The notes beneath the pieces are model-generated. The model had not been told where the DNA came from, did no database searches, and saw only the letters and a list, made by a program, of their open reading frames with translations. 64,000 nt of DNA from Lama guanicoe (lineage: Eukaryota). Shown here piece after piece: positions 1 to 13,329 of the stretch. Numbering within the stretch: the first letter of the stretch is position 1; each line of letters opens with the position of its first letter. The stretch lies in NCBI GenBank assembly GCA_013239625.1, contig MU053933.1, forward strand, positions 3,277,817-3,341,816, read 5' to 3'. The position numbers and the translations under genes were made by a program.

Positions 1-1779
1 GGTGAGCTCTCATCCCACCCACTCAGGCTCCTTTCCCACTTGTCACAGGACCTGAAGTTCTAGAAAGAGGAGGCAGACACTATTTTATTTTGGAGGAGAA
101 AAGCAACCAGGTAACGCCACTGTTTTGAGGGACCCGCCTTTTCCCTTCCAATTCTCTTTTTCCAACCTCAAAAGTGTCGTAAAGCTCAGAGTTTCCAGCT
201 ACTGCTTCACTTAGCCTTGCTTTCAGAGTGAGGAGGTGACCATGGTGAAAAAGAAGTGTCATGAGAGTCCACTCAGCCAAAGCTCACAGTAGAAAGTGGG
301 TCACAGGGCGACCACAGTGAGTCATTCTGGATGGGGTGCAGAGCAAACACACCCGCCCCGGCTGCCTGGGCCCACTGGGAATTTCCAGTGGGAAGTCTCT
401 GTTTCTGACCCAAGAAGGATGGGATGGCCTATCCCAGCAGGAACTCTTACAGATATCAGTGCAACTCAATTCAATTTAAAATGAAAGCTCATTAAGTTTC
501 TATGAATTTATGTTAGCCAAATCCTGTGCATTCTCTCAAAGGGGGGGCACATAAATGTGGACAGTATCAGGAAGTTTTTATGCAGAAATCCTTTGAGGTC
601 TTGAAGGATGGTTAAGATTTGGTTAAATGGAGATCGTGGGAAAAGCATTTCAAACAGTGGGAAGAACATAAGGACTTTAGGCACCGCCCCAGGAGCCTGG
701 AGAGCGTCTGCTCTGACAGAGCAAGGTGCCAGCTCTCAAGAGTCGGGCTGCTGTTGGGTGGAGAGCATCCTCTCATGTTCTCCCCACTAGGCCAGCGCCT
801 TCCTCCCTCCTGACTTTCTTAATTCTGCCCCGGTTCCCAGAGGCCCTGGGCTCAGAGCTGTGCTCGACCCTCTCTCTCCCCACCTTACACCATCCTAGGA
901 GCTGTCAATACAGATCTTGACTCAGCGGGGACCTGCCTCCCCTTTTCCCCTCCCCTACCACTTCAGGCTTTGTACATAACCCCTATTTGGGTTGCTGTAA
1001 GACATTCTTACACTTCTTCCAAACCAGGCAGGAACTTCCCTGACTCCCAGCTGTAGTGACCACCTCTCAGTATGGAGCATGGACTCTGGTGCCAGCTTTC
1101 CAGAAAGGTACACTGTCTGAGAAGTGGGTTTCAAGTGTGGGTGGTAAGGGTGAAATTAGATGACTCAGCTTCATAAGCAACTGCAAACTGCAAGTGTACC
1201 ACGTTTGGTCAACAGGCATGGTCCCCTAGAGGTGACTGCCCCCCCCCCAATTTTTTAAGTAGTCAAATTGTAGCAGGTTCTAATGAAGACAGCTACGGTG
1301 ACATTCCTTCTGCCTTCCCTCAGTCCCCTCTTCACTCACTGGTTTCAAGTACTGTCTACAAAAGAGGCAAATGTGAATTTGGAGAAGAGAGAACTACCGG
1401 AAGACTATGAATCCCTCACCGGCTTTTCACGGAATTTGTCATTAACCAAGCTCTGAGAAGCCCATAAGGGAACAACCAAGCACTCGGAACCATCCTAAAT
1501 CTTTGGACAAGGTGTCCAACTTCTCAAGGCTCAACCCCAGACCCTGGAGATGCCACCAGCAACCTTCTGCTGGTCCTTCCCCGGCTTGTTCTGCACAGCC
1601 CACTGTGGCTTTTACTCTTTCTCCCTTTTTTCCAGTTAGGAGCCTTAATTAGCCCCCAAAAGGCAGCCCGCCTGCAAGGTGGTCCATAGGACCACCAGGA
1701 GTGAGCCAGGGGTCTGGCCTGAGATGAGGGGCGCAGGGGGTCCCTGGCCCACAGCCAGGGTCCAGCTCAGGAGCTGCGA

Positions 1780-2570
1780 GTCCCAGCAACCGCCCAGGGG
1801 CCCTGCGACCCCAACATGCTCGGGAAGAGGCAGGCGTGCCGGGCATCTCCGCCCTAGGCACACGGAAGCACAACGCCCCCGCCGGCCGGCCGTGGGCCCG
1901 GTCGGCCGGGCTCCGCCCGCCTGCACAGGACGGCGGGCTCCCGGGGAGGAAGCCCCGCCCCGGAAGTCGCGTGGCCCTGAGCCGGAAGCGCCCGGAAGCG
2001 CCGTGGGCCCGGCGTGGGCCCGCCCACCGGCGGCGGAAGCCCCACCGGGTGTCGAGGGTCCCGCCGGCGCCGCCGGGGAGCGCGTCCGGAGCCAGTCCTG
2101 AGGGGCGTCGGTCCTGCTCCCCGCCTCCCTTCCTCTCACGCGGCGGGCGGGCGGTAGTGACGCTCGTCCGTCGAGCCCCCGAGGAAAGGCGGCCACGGCT
2201 GCTTCATTCGCAGCAGCGGGCAGGCGGGCGCAGCCGCGTGTCCCCCGGCTTAAATGGCTGAACGAGGCGGCGTATGCAGACGGTGGGGCGCTGCTCAGTC
2301 ACGGAGGGAGCGATGTCCTGGGAGTGTGGAGGGCCCTTGGAAACATTATGCTCAGAGAAAGCATCCAGCTGCGAAAAGTCACCTGTCGCACGACTCTGCC
2401 TGTGCGAGTTGCCCGGCGTGAGCAGACCCCTGCAGAGGGGAGGCTGTGTGACCGCCGGGCCGTGGGGGAGGGAGTGTGGGGGAGGGGGGGAAGCACTGCT
2501 TCCAGGGGCAAGGTTCTGCCGGGGATGCCGATGTTCTGGAACGGGGTAGAGGCGGTGGTCGCGCAACCCT
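1780..2570. promoter_or_regulatory. Orphan CpG island with clustered ETS/GABP-type CGGAAG motifs and a GC box
   Basis: CGGAAG at 1863, 1961, 1983, 1993 and 2034; ccccgccc at 1953; high CpG density. Confidence 0.7.
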
Positions 2571-2640
2571 GTGACTGCTAACTGCTAACTGCCACTGCAC
2601 TGCACACTTTAAAGTGGCTAAAATGATTAATTTTATCTGA
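2190..2640 (+). mobile_element. Highly GC-shifted old L1 (L1M-type) 3' end
   Basis: Residual L1 motifs in correct order: cttggaaacattatgctcag, gttctggaac, cacactttaaagtggctaaaatgattaatttta. Confidence 0.65.
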
Positions 2641-4711
2641 AAGGAAAGAAGGAAGAAAGAAAAAGAGAGATCCAGCCTAAGCCACCTGTGTCGGTGCTGA
2701 GCGCCTTGGACCCGGGCACTGTGTCTCAGTCTTCGGGAGGAGCACTTCCTTGGAAGGCATCAGCGAAGGTGCTGGTAGTTGTGCAGGGCTGATGAAATGT
2801 AGTGAGGCCTGGAGAGGGCCAGGAGCCACTCTACAGGTAGACAGGAGCCCCGTGACTGCCCAGAGTGCCCAGCTGGCGGCAGGGCCAAGAGCCATCGTTG
2901 GCACGCTCGCCTGGCGGCCACGTGTGCAGTCCTTCCCTCTGGGCCCGGTGAGAAGACTGGTCCCACCCCAGTCCATGCTACGGAGAGGGCGTTGGCCCCT
3001 CGTCTGCTCTGGGAAGACCTGAGCTGCAGAAGGGCTTATGCCCGGTCCTGTGAGGTGAGTTGCAGCTCCGCTGGCCTGTCTCACGTGGCCCTCTGCCTTT
3101 TCTTCAAGTTCACAGCCGCCTCCTTTCCGGCTCCCTGATTCTCGATGTCTGATTGCCAGGAGCAGCCCCTCCCCTCCTATTTATAACCACTTAATAATGC
3201 AGACCAGTGTCTCTGGCTGGGTGGTTCCGCTTAATCCACTCATCCACCGAAGGCTCACAGTCAGGGCAGTGTGCGCCGCCCGACCCCGGCTGAGAGTTAC
3301 TTCATGTGGTGGCGCGGCTCCGGGCACTGAGGCAGAGGGGAGCCCGCTCCGAGCCCGAGCGGAAAAGCCGACCGGCTCTTCCGCTCCGGCGTGTGCGTGT
3401 GCGTGTGCGTGTGCGTGTGTGCGGGGCGGGGTGTGTGTGCGGGGGAGCTGGGTGGTGGGCGGGGCGGGGTGCGTGTGCGTGTGGGCGGGGCGCCGGGGCG
3501 GCACAGAGCGCCGTCACTGGAGCCGGCGCGGCGGGCTGCTCTCAGTACGCACACACACAGCCTTTTTTGAAGTCAGTTTGGATTTTTTGTGGAAACTTTA
3601 TTTTCGTATTTTTCCCTCTTGTTTCTCTGGTAACATCAGAAACAAACACACACAGCTGTGTCACCTGGCTCCCGGCTCCAGTTTTCCAGCAGACACCTAG
3701 GGTTGGAAACTCAGCAAGACTTGGACTCCAGAAAGTCAGACGGGCTCTTGCTTAACTCTTTCGTCCCCATTTCTCTGTCTCCTCACCACCCGTGCCCCCA
3801 CCCTGCCACCACAGAGCAGGCTGGACAGACGCCTTCTTCCAGGTCACCAAGGAGAAGGGCTGTGCTTTGTCTTTCTACCGCCCTGAGCCAGACCTGTGCA
3901 GAGAAGGGACACTCTGCTTCCGTATCTTCCATTCCTGCTCATGATGTAAACATAAGAACGAAAAAGGCTCACAGCACTTGCCTTTTCTACTTCTGACAAC
4001 CGGAGCCGTTGAGACTGTCTGTACCCTGAAACGAGGACTCTTTGTCTCTAGAAAGCACGGAATTTGGTTGCTAGGAAAATATTGCTCCTTTATTCCAACT
4101 GTTTCACTGTAAAATGAAGCAGCTAAGGTGCACCTAGAAGCCCACACAGCATTAGTGACAAAGCCGGAAGGTGGAGCCCTCGTTCCTGCGCCCCCGCCCG
4201 CCCTCCCCGCTGTGTGGCCGGTCCCGCTAGGGAAGGCGTGTACAGTCTGGAGGGCCCAGGAAGCAGCGCTGCACCAATTTGGGTTTTGCTGACTTGTTCA
4301 ATTTCTGTTCTAAATAAGGAATGTCACGTTTCTACCCAGTTTTGAATCTCAAATCCGTACTCTTGACAATACAGCTTTCCTAACACATACTAGCTTATCG
4401 ACCAGATTTCGCCTTCTGTTCATTAGCTCACCAAATGATTGTTCAGCGCTTTCTATGAGCAAGGCCCTTGTGGTAAGAAGGCGAGGACAGAGGAGACCAG
4501 GTCTCTGCTCTTGAGGACCTGAGGGGCTCCAGGGCCCTGTGGCCGACACGCCAGGGACAGGCGACACCGGCCACAACAGTGAGCACAGAGCTGCCTGGAG
4601 CTTTGCTCCCCTCCATGCTGGTTCCCAGGTTAGAATGTTGCTTTGGCTTCTCAGCAACACAATTTAATACTTAACGTTCAAAGGAAACGAAATTTTAAAC
4701 CAATTCTAAAC

Positions 4712-4915
4712 AATCGAGATTTGCAGATATTACTGTGTATAAAAGAGATAAACAGCAAGTTTCTTCTGTGCAGCACAGGGAACTACAGTCAATGTCTTGT
4801 AGTAACCTATCATGAAAAAGAATATACGTACTACTGAAACATTATGCTGTACGCCAGAAATTGACACAACACCGTAAACTGACTATACTTCAACTTTTTT
4901 TTAAGTTTAAAAACA
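4712..4915 (+). mobile_element. Short artiodactyl-type L1 3' end
   Basis: agcacagggaact...gctgtacgccagaaattgacaca...; near-copy at 9808-10032. Confidence 0.75.
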
Positions 4916-6549
4916 TAAAGTAGAATAAAAAAGGAGGGAAAACAAACAGGCTCCGAGTGTCCTGATACTCTTAGTGTGGGCACATCTCCCAGCGCCCTCT
5001 CTGGGGGCACCTTTGCCAGCTGCTCATTTGGCCTCTGCCAGGCTGGATAAAGGGGGAGATACTCAGATCATCTCAGTAGTGTTTGCTCAGCATGATCATG
5101 CTGAGCACTTCCTATACGTTCAATGAGAATGTGTCCAAAGGTAAGTGCAACATAATTTTATAGTATTTTACAGTCTGACAGTAGTTTGGGGAGAGAATTT
5201 CAAGCAAAATAGTTATTTGAAAAGCAACATCTAACTCTCTCAACTAGGAGCCTTTTAAAAATATCTGGGCTAGAAATTCCGCGCCCGCCTTAAAAATGTG
5301 TTCAGGCTAGAAGCCAAGGGAGAGGCTGGCTTCCTCCCAGAAGCCTCACAGCCTCCGTGTAAGTGATAAGCCAGGCTGGACCCACAGAGGCTGTCTGAGG
5401 CTCTCCCCGTGCGAGTGAGCCAGGCCCAGACCGGGGCCGGGGGGAGGACTGACCCGGGACAGAGGCCGCCCAGGCGCGCTCTTGTCTCTGTGGAGAGGTG
5501 GCAGGGTCTTAGTCACCTCGGGGCTGCTCTTGGACTGGCAGCCCTCAGTGGCACAGAGAGTCCTCTCCCTTCCAGAACTGTCTGCAGCTCCTGCTGCCTT
5601 GGCCTCCTCACTGGGTGCGGCATCTTAAACTACACAGGGAAAGTCCCGGTAAACCCTTCTCCCTTCATCTGGCTGTGAAGAAGTTCCGACGGGAACATAC
5701 TTCAGTTTCAGGGGCCGTCTGAGTTCTAACATGACTGTAAGCCGTGAACCACTCAGAGACTTCCTGCAAAAATGCCAAATAAAGAAAACTGCTGGACTTA
5801 ATAAAAAAAAAAAAACCACCATTTGAGAAAAAGAGACAAGAGGTGCTAGTTTGTGACTTACAAGAAGCAGATGTCAAGATGGGACTAGACACGCAGGAGG
5901 TGTCCCGGCGAAGCATCTGCGAAAGACAGAGTGGGAGGGAGGCGGGGAAGGCGTGGGGGCTGGCTCGGGCAGGCGGTGGAGGGTTCTGGAGCCCAGCTTG
6001 CCCCTTCGTGGAGTCTGTGTGTTCGGGAACAATCCACATTAGTGTTCCCACAAGCTGAGTCATCGGGCTGGATCGTCCCAGTGCCCGGCAGGGCCCGAGA
6101 AGGGCTGTCATCACTCCTGCTCCCACAGTGTACTCCATGTGGCCGCCTGCCTTGCCCTGCATGGGCCCACTTCTCAACTCAGGTCCAGGGAGCAGCTCCT
6201 TGGTGATTCCCATAGGCCTCTCTTCCAGGGGAAAGCTTAGAGGAGGGGGCCTGTGAGCTGAACCACAGCCCCATCACTGCAGTAGGCCTCAGGGCCACAG
6301 CTGACCCTTGTCCTCTCCCTTCTCCACCATCCGTTCTGAATCCCCCACACGCGGGCAGCCAGCGCCTCGCAGGTCTGCGTGGCTTCCTTGGGGGTGTGAC
6401 TCAAATCTGCGTCCTGGAGACCAAGCACTTGGCATCAGACCTTCTCAGGCCCATTGTCCATGCATCCATTCACAATCAGAACTGAGGACAGCGAGTGCCT
6501 AGAGGTACCCAAACAGTTCCTCTGGTTTCACAAGAGCCCCTCCCAGCCT

Positions 6550-8500
6550 CCGAGGCGTGAAAGTGGTTCTACCTTCCGACGGTCAGAGCCAGTTACCTGC
6601 CAAGCTGGCCGCTCCTGTTCTCATCTGCTGGACCCTGGACACGAGGAGTCTAAAGTTCCCTGTTAGTCCAGTGGGGCCCTTTGGGGACTGGACCTTCAAC
6701 CCTGTTGCGTCCAGAGTGGCAGGGACAGGAAGCCCTGAATCTCCCAGTGGGCCAGTGGGGGTGACGTTAGGGGAGCTGCTTCCGCCGACAGCCTCTGCCC
6801 CTGAGCCCGCATAGTCTTCCTGTTGGGGAGGGGCACCACGTGAGGGTCTCTGGTTTAGCACAGACGCCGCATCCTGAGAGGGGCACTCACCCTGTCAGGG
6901 CTGCCCCATCACTGGTGCCTCAGCTCCCCCATAGAAGAAGCATCTCTGGCCTCTGGGAGGTGCGTGCCGGATGTGATGAGTGGGTCCCCTGGCCATGTGC
7001 CCACTCCCACACTCCTTCGCTGTGAAGTGGACCCCCAGTTGGATACTATGCTAATGAGATTCCATGCCTGGGAACCAGGTGTTCTGCAGCCATGTGGGCT
7101 GAGGCCCTGTGGGCAGGGCAGACCTGTGCCTGGAGTGTCCATTCACCAAGCTCTCCAGGAGGGACGTGGCCCAATGCAACTGGCTTGCTACCAAGTTTCC
7201 AGCTGATCTCCTTGGGGTATAACAGGGCCCAGTGCCGCTCTCGGCGACCGACAGCTCGGACACTCAGCGGTAGCTGGATCTTCCTTGGAAGTGGGAGTCC
7301 ATGTTGTCGGGTCTGTCTCGACTCTGACTTCGGTCTCTGTCACTGGGCTCATCCCTTCCAGGCGCGCATCATGCCAGTTCTTGGGTAACTGATGATGAAA
7401 GCTGGCCAGTGGCTACCGGCCATGTCACAGAGCCTCTTCCGTGGCTAATGTTCCCTGGTCGGTTTTAACAAGTGATACAAAGGTCTTCGCATGCCGTGTC
7501 CACTCCCAAATGTCCATTCACGTGCCTCCAGCCCAGAATAACTCATTCCTGACCTTGCACTCTTTCCCTCTGGGGTCCTGACCAGACACCTGTGCCAGAG
7601 TGCACTGCCGTGGAATCTGGACGTATCCTCCTCTTGGCCACTTCTCCTTCTGCACCAAATGCAGGACCAGGTGCTTGAAGCACTGCCTACTGGGCAGCCT
7701 TCTTCTCCTCTGTCTCGAAAGATGCCCTTGCCGATGGCTAGAATGCAGCCACCATCCGTTTCAGCTCACTTCCTTAGGTGTGAGCTAGGGAAGAGGCACT
7801 AGTGTGACGGCTGTGGTGATGTGGGCATCAGGGCTACCCTCTCGTGCAGTCGGCTCATCCCCTCTTGTCCACCTTTCGAAGGACTGCTGCTGAAGCTACG
7901 CAGCTTTGTGACACGGTGAAGCCAAAAGACTCTGCCTCCAGGTGGGCAGTTTTGGGCACGTGGTCCTTGTGGTCCCCTGGCCAAGCACCCCATGCCATCA
8001 CGGGCATCCAGCATCTCTGCACATGAGCACGGCCCTGCTGTAGACGGATGGGCTTGATCAGAAGCCCGCGTTTCCATCCTGCCCACAAGGCGTGAGGCCA
8101 TCCACGTCACTGGCCAGCGCCATGCTCTGTGGATGTTCGGGCGGTCCAGATCTCTTGGGACTACGTTATGCCAGAGGACAGAAAGATGAACAGAACCTGA
8201 GGCAAAACTGTAAGTGAACGTTTCAGTCCATCCTGTATGATTACAGACTGGTTCTGATAGTCTCCCTAATCGAGATAGAAAAGAATGCGTTCAGGTCTGT
8301 GGCCACATGCCACGTACCGCGGTCGTGTTCATCTGTCCCACCAACAAGGCCTCGTCCAGAAGAGCAGCTGCATTTGAGTTACCACGTGGTTACTCTTGTG
8401 CAGATTAAGTCATTCCCCAGGAGCCGCCCAGTGATAAGGTAGGGAGCCCACAGATTTCAGGTCTTTAATGGGGGCACTGCTCTCTGTCACCCCCACGGGA
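6550..8500 (-). mobile_element. Degraded ERVL-like internal (pol/integrase) remnant; boundaries uncertain
   Basis: Motifs such as tggccagtggcta and cactcccaaatgtccat, plus an integrase-like segment near 7020-7045 on - strand; recognised by eye. Confidence 0.4.
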
Positions 8501-8569
8501 ATGCGATAGTGTTTCTGATTTACTGTCTCACTGGTGTGGGGACCTGAGGGAATCCTTCACTCACAGAAG

Positions 8570-11500
8570 TGTGCCTAAAGAAATGATGAAGGAAGCTCTT
8601 TAGAAAGAAGGAAAATTAAACCAGATGGAAACTCACATCCACAATAAAAAGTAAGGAGAGATCTTCAAAGAGGAGATCAAAAGAAAATTAGAAAATATTT
8701 TGTGTTGAATGCAAATTAAACCCCCAAATACAAAAATACGGTAGAGCTAAGTAATGCTTAGAGAAAAATATATATATCTTTATATGCTTATATTAGAAAA
8801 GAAAAAAGTCTAAAATCAAAGATCTAGGTTTCCTCCTTAAAAAGCTAGAAAAAGAAAATTTAAACCAAAAATGAGTTGAAAGAAGAAAATTAAAAAGAAA
8901 AGAGTAGATATCAATGAAATTGAAAGAATATCAAAAAACAGTGAAAAATCAATGAAACCAAAGCTGGTTTAATGAAAATATCAATAAAATTGATAAATAT
9001 CCAGATCAACTGGTCAAAAAAAACCCAAACAAAACATGAATTGCCAATATCAGGAATAAAACAGGAGTCCAGCACTACAGATCTTGCAGATGTTGAAAGG
9101 TTAAGGGACTGTTATAAAGCCCTTTATTCCCCACAAAGTTGACGACTTGAAAGAAATTGAAAAATTCACTGAAAGACACAAATTACCAAACTGAATCAAG
9201 GGGGAAAAATAGAAAATCTTCTGCAGACCGAGATCCCTCGTGAGCACAGATGAAAAAGTCCTTAACAACATCAAGCCCGGCACATATTTTTAAAAGTGCA
9301 TCATGAGCAAATGGAGTATTTCCCATAAATGCTAGATTCATTTAATGTTCAAAAATCAAACAATGTGATTTACCATATTAATAGAATAATTTTTAAAGAA
9401 CAATCTGATCATCTCAATAAATGGAGAAAAAGTGTTGCGGAAATTCAACAGTTTTTGTTTTTAATAAAACTTACAAATCAGGAATAGTAGGAAATTCTTC
9501 ATCCTAATAAAGGATATTCACAAAAACCTCATAGCTAATTTCAGTGTAATGTGAAAGGCTGAATGCCTTCCTTGTAAGATAAGGGACAAGGCAAAAATGA
9601 ACTTGCTATATTAACATCAGACTCGCCGTTGCTATTCAACACTGTATTCAAAGGCCTAGCCTCGCCTAAACCTGGCCTTTTTTCAAGAAAAGAAATAAAA
9701 GGCATTCAGATCGGAAAGAAAGAAGTACAATTGTCTTTATGCACAGACAATATAATTGCATACCTGAAAAATCTACTAAAGAAATCTATTAAAAAGCCAC
9801 TAGAATTAATTCAGGAGTTTGCCACTGTTATATGTTAGCCACTATATATAAAAATGGATTTTTAAAAAAAATTCTTTCTTCTGTATAGCACAGGGAACTA
9901 GTTCAATATCTTGTTAATAACCTTTAATGAAACAAATATAAAAACAAATATATGCATGTATATGCATGACTGGGACACTGTGCTGTACACCAGAAATTGA
10001 CACATTGCAGTTGACTGTACTTCAGTTTTTAAAAAAAGCTACTAGAATTGACACATGAACTTAACAAAGTCACAGAATACAAGATCAATAAACGCCTTCC
10101 CAAAATTAATTGTATTTCTATATTCTGGCAAAGAACAATCGGAAGTTGTAATTTTTAAATGTACTTCATGATCGCATCAACAACAACGAAAAGCAAAAGA
10201 GAAAAACGCTGCAGAATTTAGCAGAGTTAGTTTGTACTCCTTAAACTGCTGAGAGAAACTGAAGACCTAAATAAATGCAGAGCTATACCATGTTCATGAA
10301 TTTAAAAATATAATTGTGTTAAAAATGAAACTCTCCAAAATGACCTACAAATCCAAAGCAATTTAAATCAAAATCCCAGCATGTTTTTGAAGAAATTAGC
10401 AATCTGGTTCAAAAAAATGTACATAGAAGCGCAAAGGACCTAGGAGGGCAAAAACAAGGTTAAAAAGGAACAAAGTTGGAAGACTTTACCCTATCTGATT
10501 TAAAAATTCACTGAAAAGTTGCAACAACTGGGAGAGAGTAGTGTTGAGCTATTGCTTATCCATGAAAAAGTAAAATACAGAGTCTAAGAATAGACCCACT
10601 CATACACGATCAAATGGTTTTTGACCAAAATGTCGAGGTAATTCGATAGGGGAAGAATAAGCCTTCAGCAAACGGTGGTGGAGCAGCTTTCAGCACCATG
10701 GAAGTGAGAGATGTCTTGACCCACACCTCTCACACCAGACGCGAAAAGTAACTCAGAACGCACCCTTAACCTAAATGCAAAGGTGAAACTACAAACCTTG
10801 AAGAAAAGGTAGGAAAAAGTATTTGGCAACCTTGTGCGAGGCAACAGTTTCTTAAATAAGACACAAAAGATGAACGATAAAATATGACAATTGTTACATT
10901 GGACTATATCAAAATAAAAATATTTTGCTCTTCCAAAGGTGCCATTAAAGAAAAAAGAAAGAAAAAAAAACAAGGCGAAGCCTGGAAGTATCTGCCAGGC
11001 ACGTGTCTGACGAAGGACGTGTGTCCCAGATACATAAAATCTTTTTACAACTCAGAAACAGGAAAACAAATATGCCAATACAAAATGAGTAAGTGTTTGA
11101 ACAGACACTTTTCCAAAGAACACGTACAAACGATCAGTAAGTCCCTTAGAAGATGCTCAGCACCATCTGTCATTTAGGAAACGCAGACTAAGCCTCAGTA
11201 AGAGACCACCACACACTCACACACTAAAATTTGAAAGGCTGACAATGTTACATGCTGGCAAAGATGCGGAATGACTAGAAGGAATACAAAGTGGTACAAC
11301 TATTTGGGGAGACTTGTAGTTCCTTACCAAGCAAAACATATGCTCATCCGTGGCCTGACAATTGCACTCCGAGATCTTTACCCAAGAACAATGAAAATAT
11401 GTTGACACAAATATTTATATCTTGCTTACAGCAGTTTTATTTGCAATAGCCAAAAACATGAAACCAAGTGTCCACCAGCAGGAGGCTAGATAAACTAATT

Positions 11501-11860
11501 GTGGTCCATCCATACAACGGGTATTTGCAGCAACAGAAAGAAACCAACCACTGATTGACACAACAGCATGGATGAAGCTCAGAAGGTTTATGCTGAGTGA
11601 AGAAAGATCACTAAAATAGACCATATGATACTCAAGAAAAGGTCACTCCAACTATAGTGACAGGAAATTAATTAGCATTTGTCTGAGGGTGGGAAGGGAA
11701 TTAAACACAGAAGGGCACAGCTGGGGCAATGGGAATGTTCTAAAGCTTGATTGGGATGCTGGTTACAAAGATGTGTACATTTGTCAAAACTCATCAAACT
11801 GTACACTTAAAATTGGTACAATTTAGAGAATGTAAGTTATACCTCAATAAATTTTATTTT
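8570..11860 (+). mobile_element. Old L1 (ORF2 3' part and 3'UTR), degraded
   Basis: A-rich ORF2-like text (aaaatcaatgaaaccaaagctggtt; KEIKGIQIGKKEVQLSL), ending in L1M-type 3' end gttatacctcaataaa. Confidence 0.85.
9808..10032 (+). mobile_element. Younger L1 3' fragment nested in the old L1, with target-site duplication
   Basis: TSD aaaaagccactagaatt (9791-9807) / aaaaagctactagaatt (10033-10049). Confidence 0.75.
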
Positions 11861-13329
11861 TTTAAGTCATAGACTTTTCTTCTGCTAGTATGAAAAATTC
11901 AGTTCCCTGAATAACACTGAATACAACTAAAAAACCTGGGTCAAAAAAAAATTGTAAGCCTGGTGTACATTGTAAGCCATGCAATTGTAATGCATGGCTG
12001 ATTGGCTAGAAAATACTCTTCAAAACCCAAAATAAAATATGATATCCAGTGAGGATATATCAAGAAACTTGGTGAATCTTTTATTGTCAATGGAAATTTT
12101 CAAACAAGTAATTTAAACTAAAATTCTAAGCATGTTCCCCAGTTGGTAGCACCCCACACCTAAATACCTCAGTCAAAGCACGGAACACCAAATACAAAGA
12201 GATGATCGTCCAAGAAACGCGTGAGAGAGGACAGATCACTTACAAAGGAATGGCGTTTAGCCTGACAGCCAACTTCTCAAAGGCAACCACAGAATCCAAG
12301 TTCAGGGACTAAAGCCTTCCCCGTCCTGCGTGGAAAGCCCTGCTGACCTGGAACTCCCGACCAAGGGCCGTCTCTGCTGAGAATGGGGACTGAGCACAGC
12401 TTTCTAGACTAACAAGAATCAATAACATTTACTACCAACACAGTCTTCTCAAGGGAAGTGTTAAAGGATGTGCTCCAGGAAGCAGAAAATGATACAAACA
12501 GAAAGTCTGAGATACAAGAAGGAACTGTGAGCAAAGCTGTGGGAGCGTCTGCACAGACAACGTTTATAATGTGGGATTTTTGCAGTTAGAAAGTGAAAAA
12601 CCAAAGTGCTGGACAAAAGTAACATAAGATGGGAGGGAGCTCCTGGAGTTAAAGAACTCTACGTTTCCTGTTTGTTTGAAACAGTGGGTAAAGATACTGA
12701 CACTGAGTCAGGTATCTAGAATAAGGTTCCTTTCTCAAAACTGTGCATTAAACGTGCCAAGCTTGTGATTTTGGATTGGAGATTAGTCCTTGCATGGCTC
12801 TTAGAGTGAATGAAACCCTCCACCAGGTCTCGGGGCCCAGAGAACCCTTGAAAACTGCCCCTAGTGGGTCACCTACATTGGAGGGCAGCAGCAGGTTGCT
12901 TCGTGCTGAGGGCTCGTGGACCGTCTCAAGGCAGAGCTGGAGGGCCTCTGGAGGGGTGTGTCTGACAGGCGCACATTTGTGACCAGGCATCTGTAGAGTG
13001 CCCGGTACGTGGCCAGCACTCATGAAAGACTTCCAAGGTAAGCCTTCCATCATGAAAATGCCATCCCTTTTCCCGCAGAGGTACGGACAGACTCTCAGGT
13101 AGGAGGGTCCGATTTGCCCCCCGGGACACATGTTAATTTCCTGTCCGCATCTCACTGTCCGAGTAAAACTGCAAAGCCTCCAGGCAGACTGCCCCTCAGC
13201 GTTAACGTGTTCACTCATTTTGCATGATCCCAAATCTGACAGTCATCTTCCCATTTCGCAGGGCTCACTGGCAACGCGGACCAGACGGCGGGCGGTGGGC
13301 GCGCACCTCCTGCTTACAGGCGTGGGATG

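Noticed and set aside
918..1169. Two TGACTCAGC (AP-1/ARE-like) motifs
   Set aside because: Short motifs with no supporting evidence; compatible with chance.
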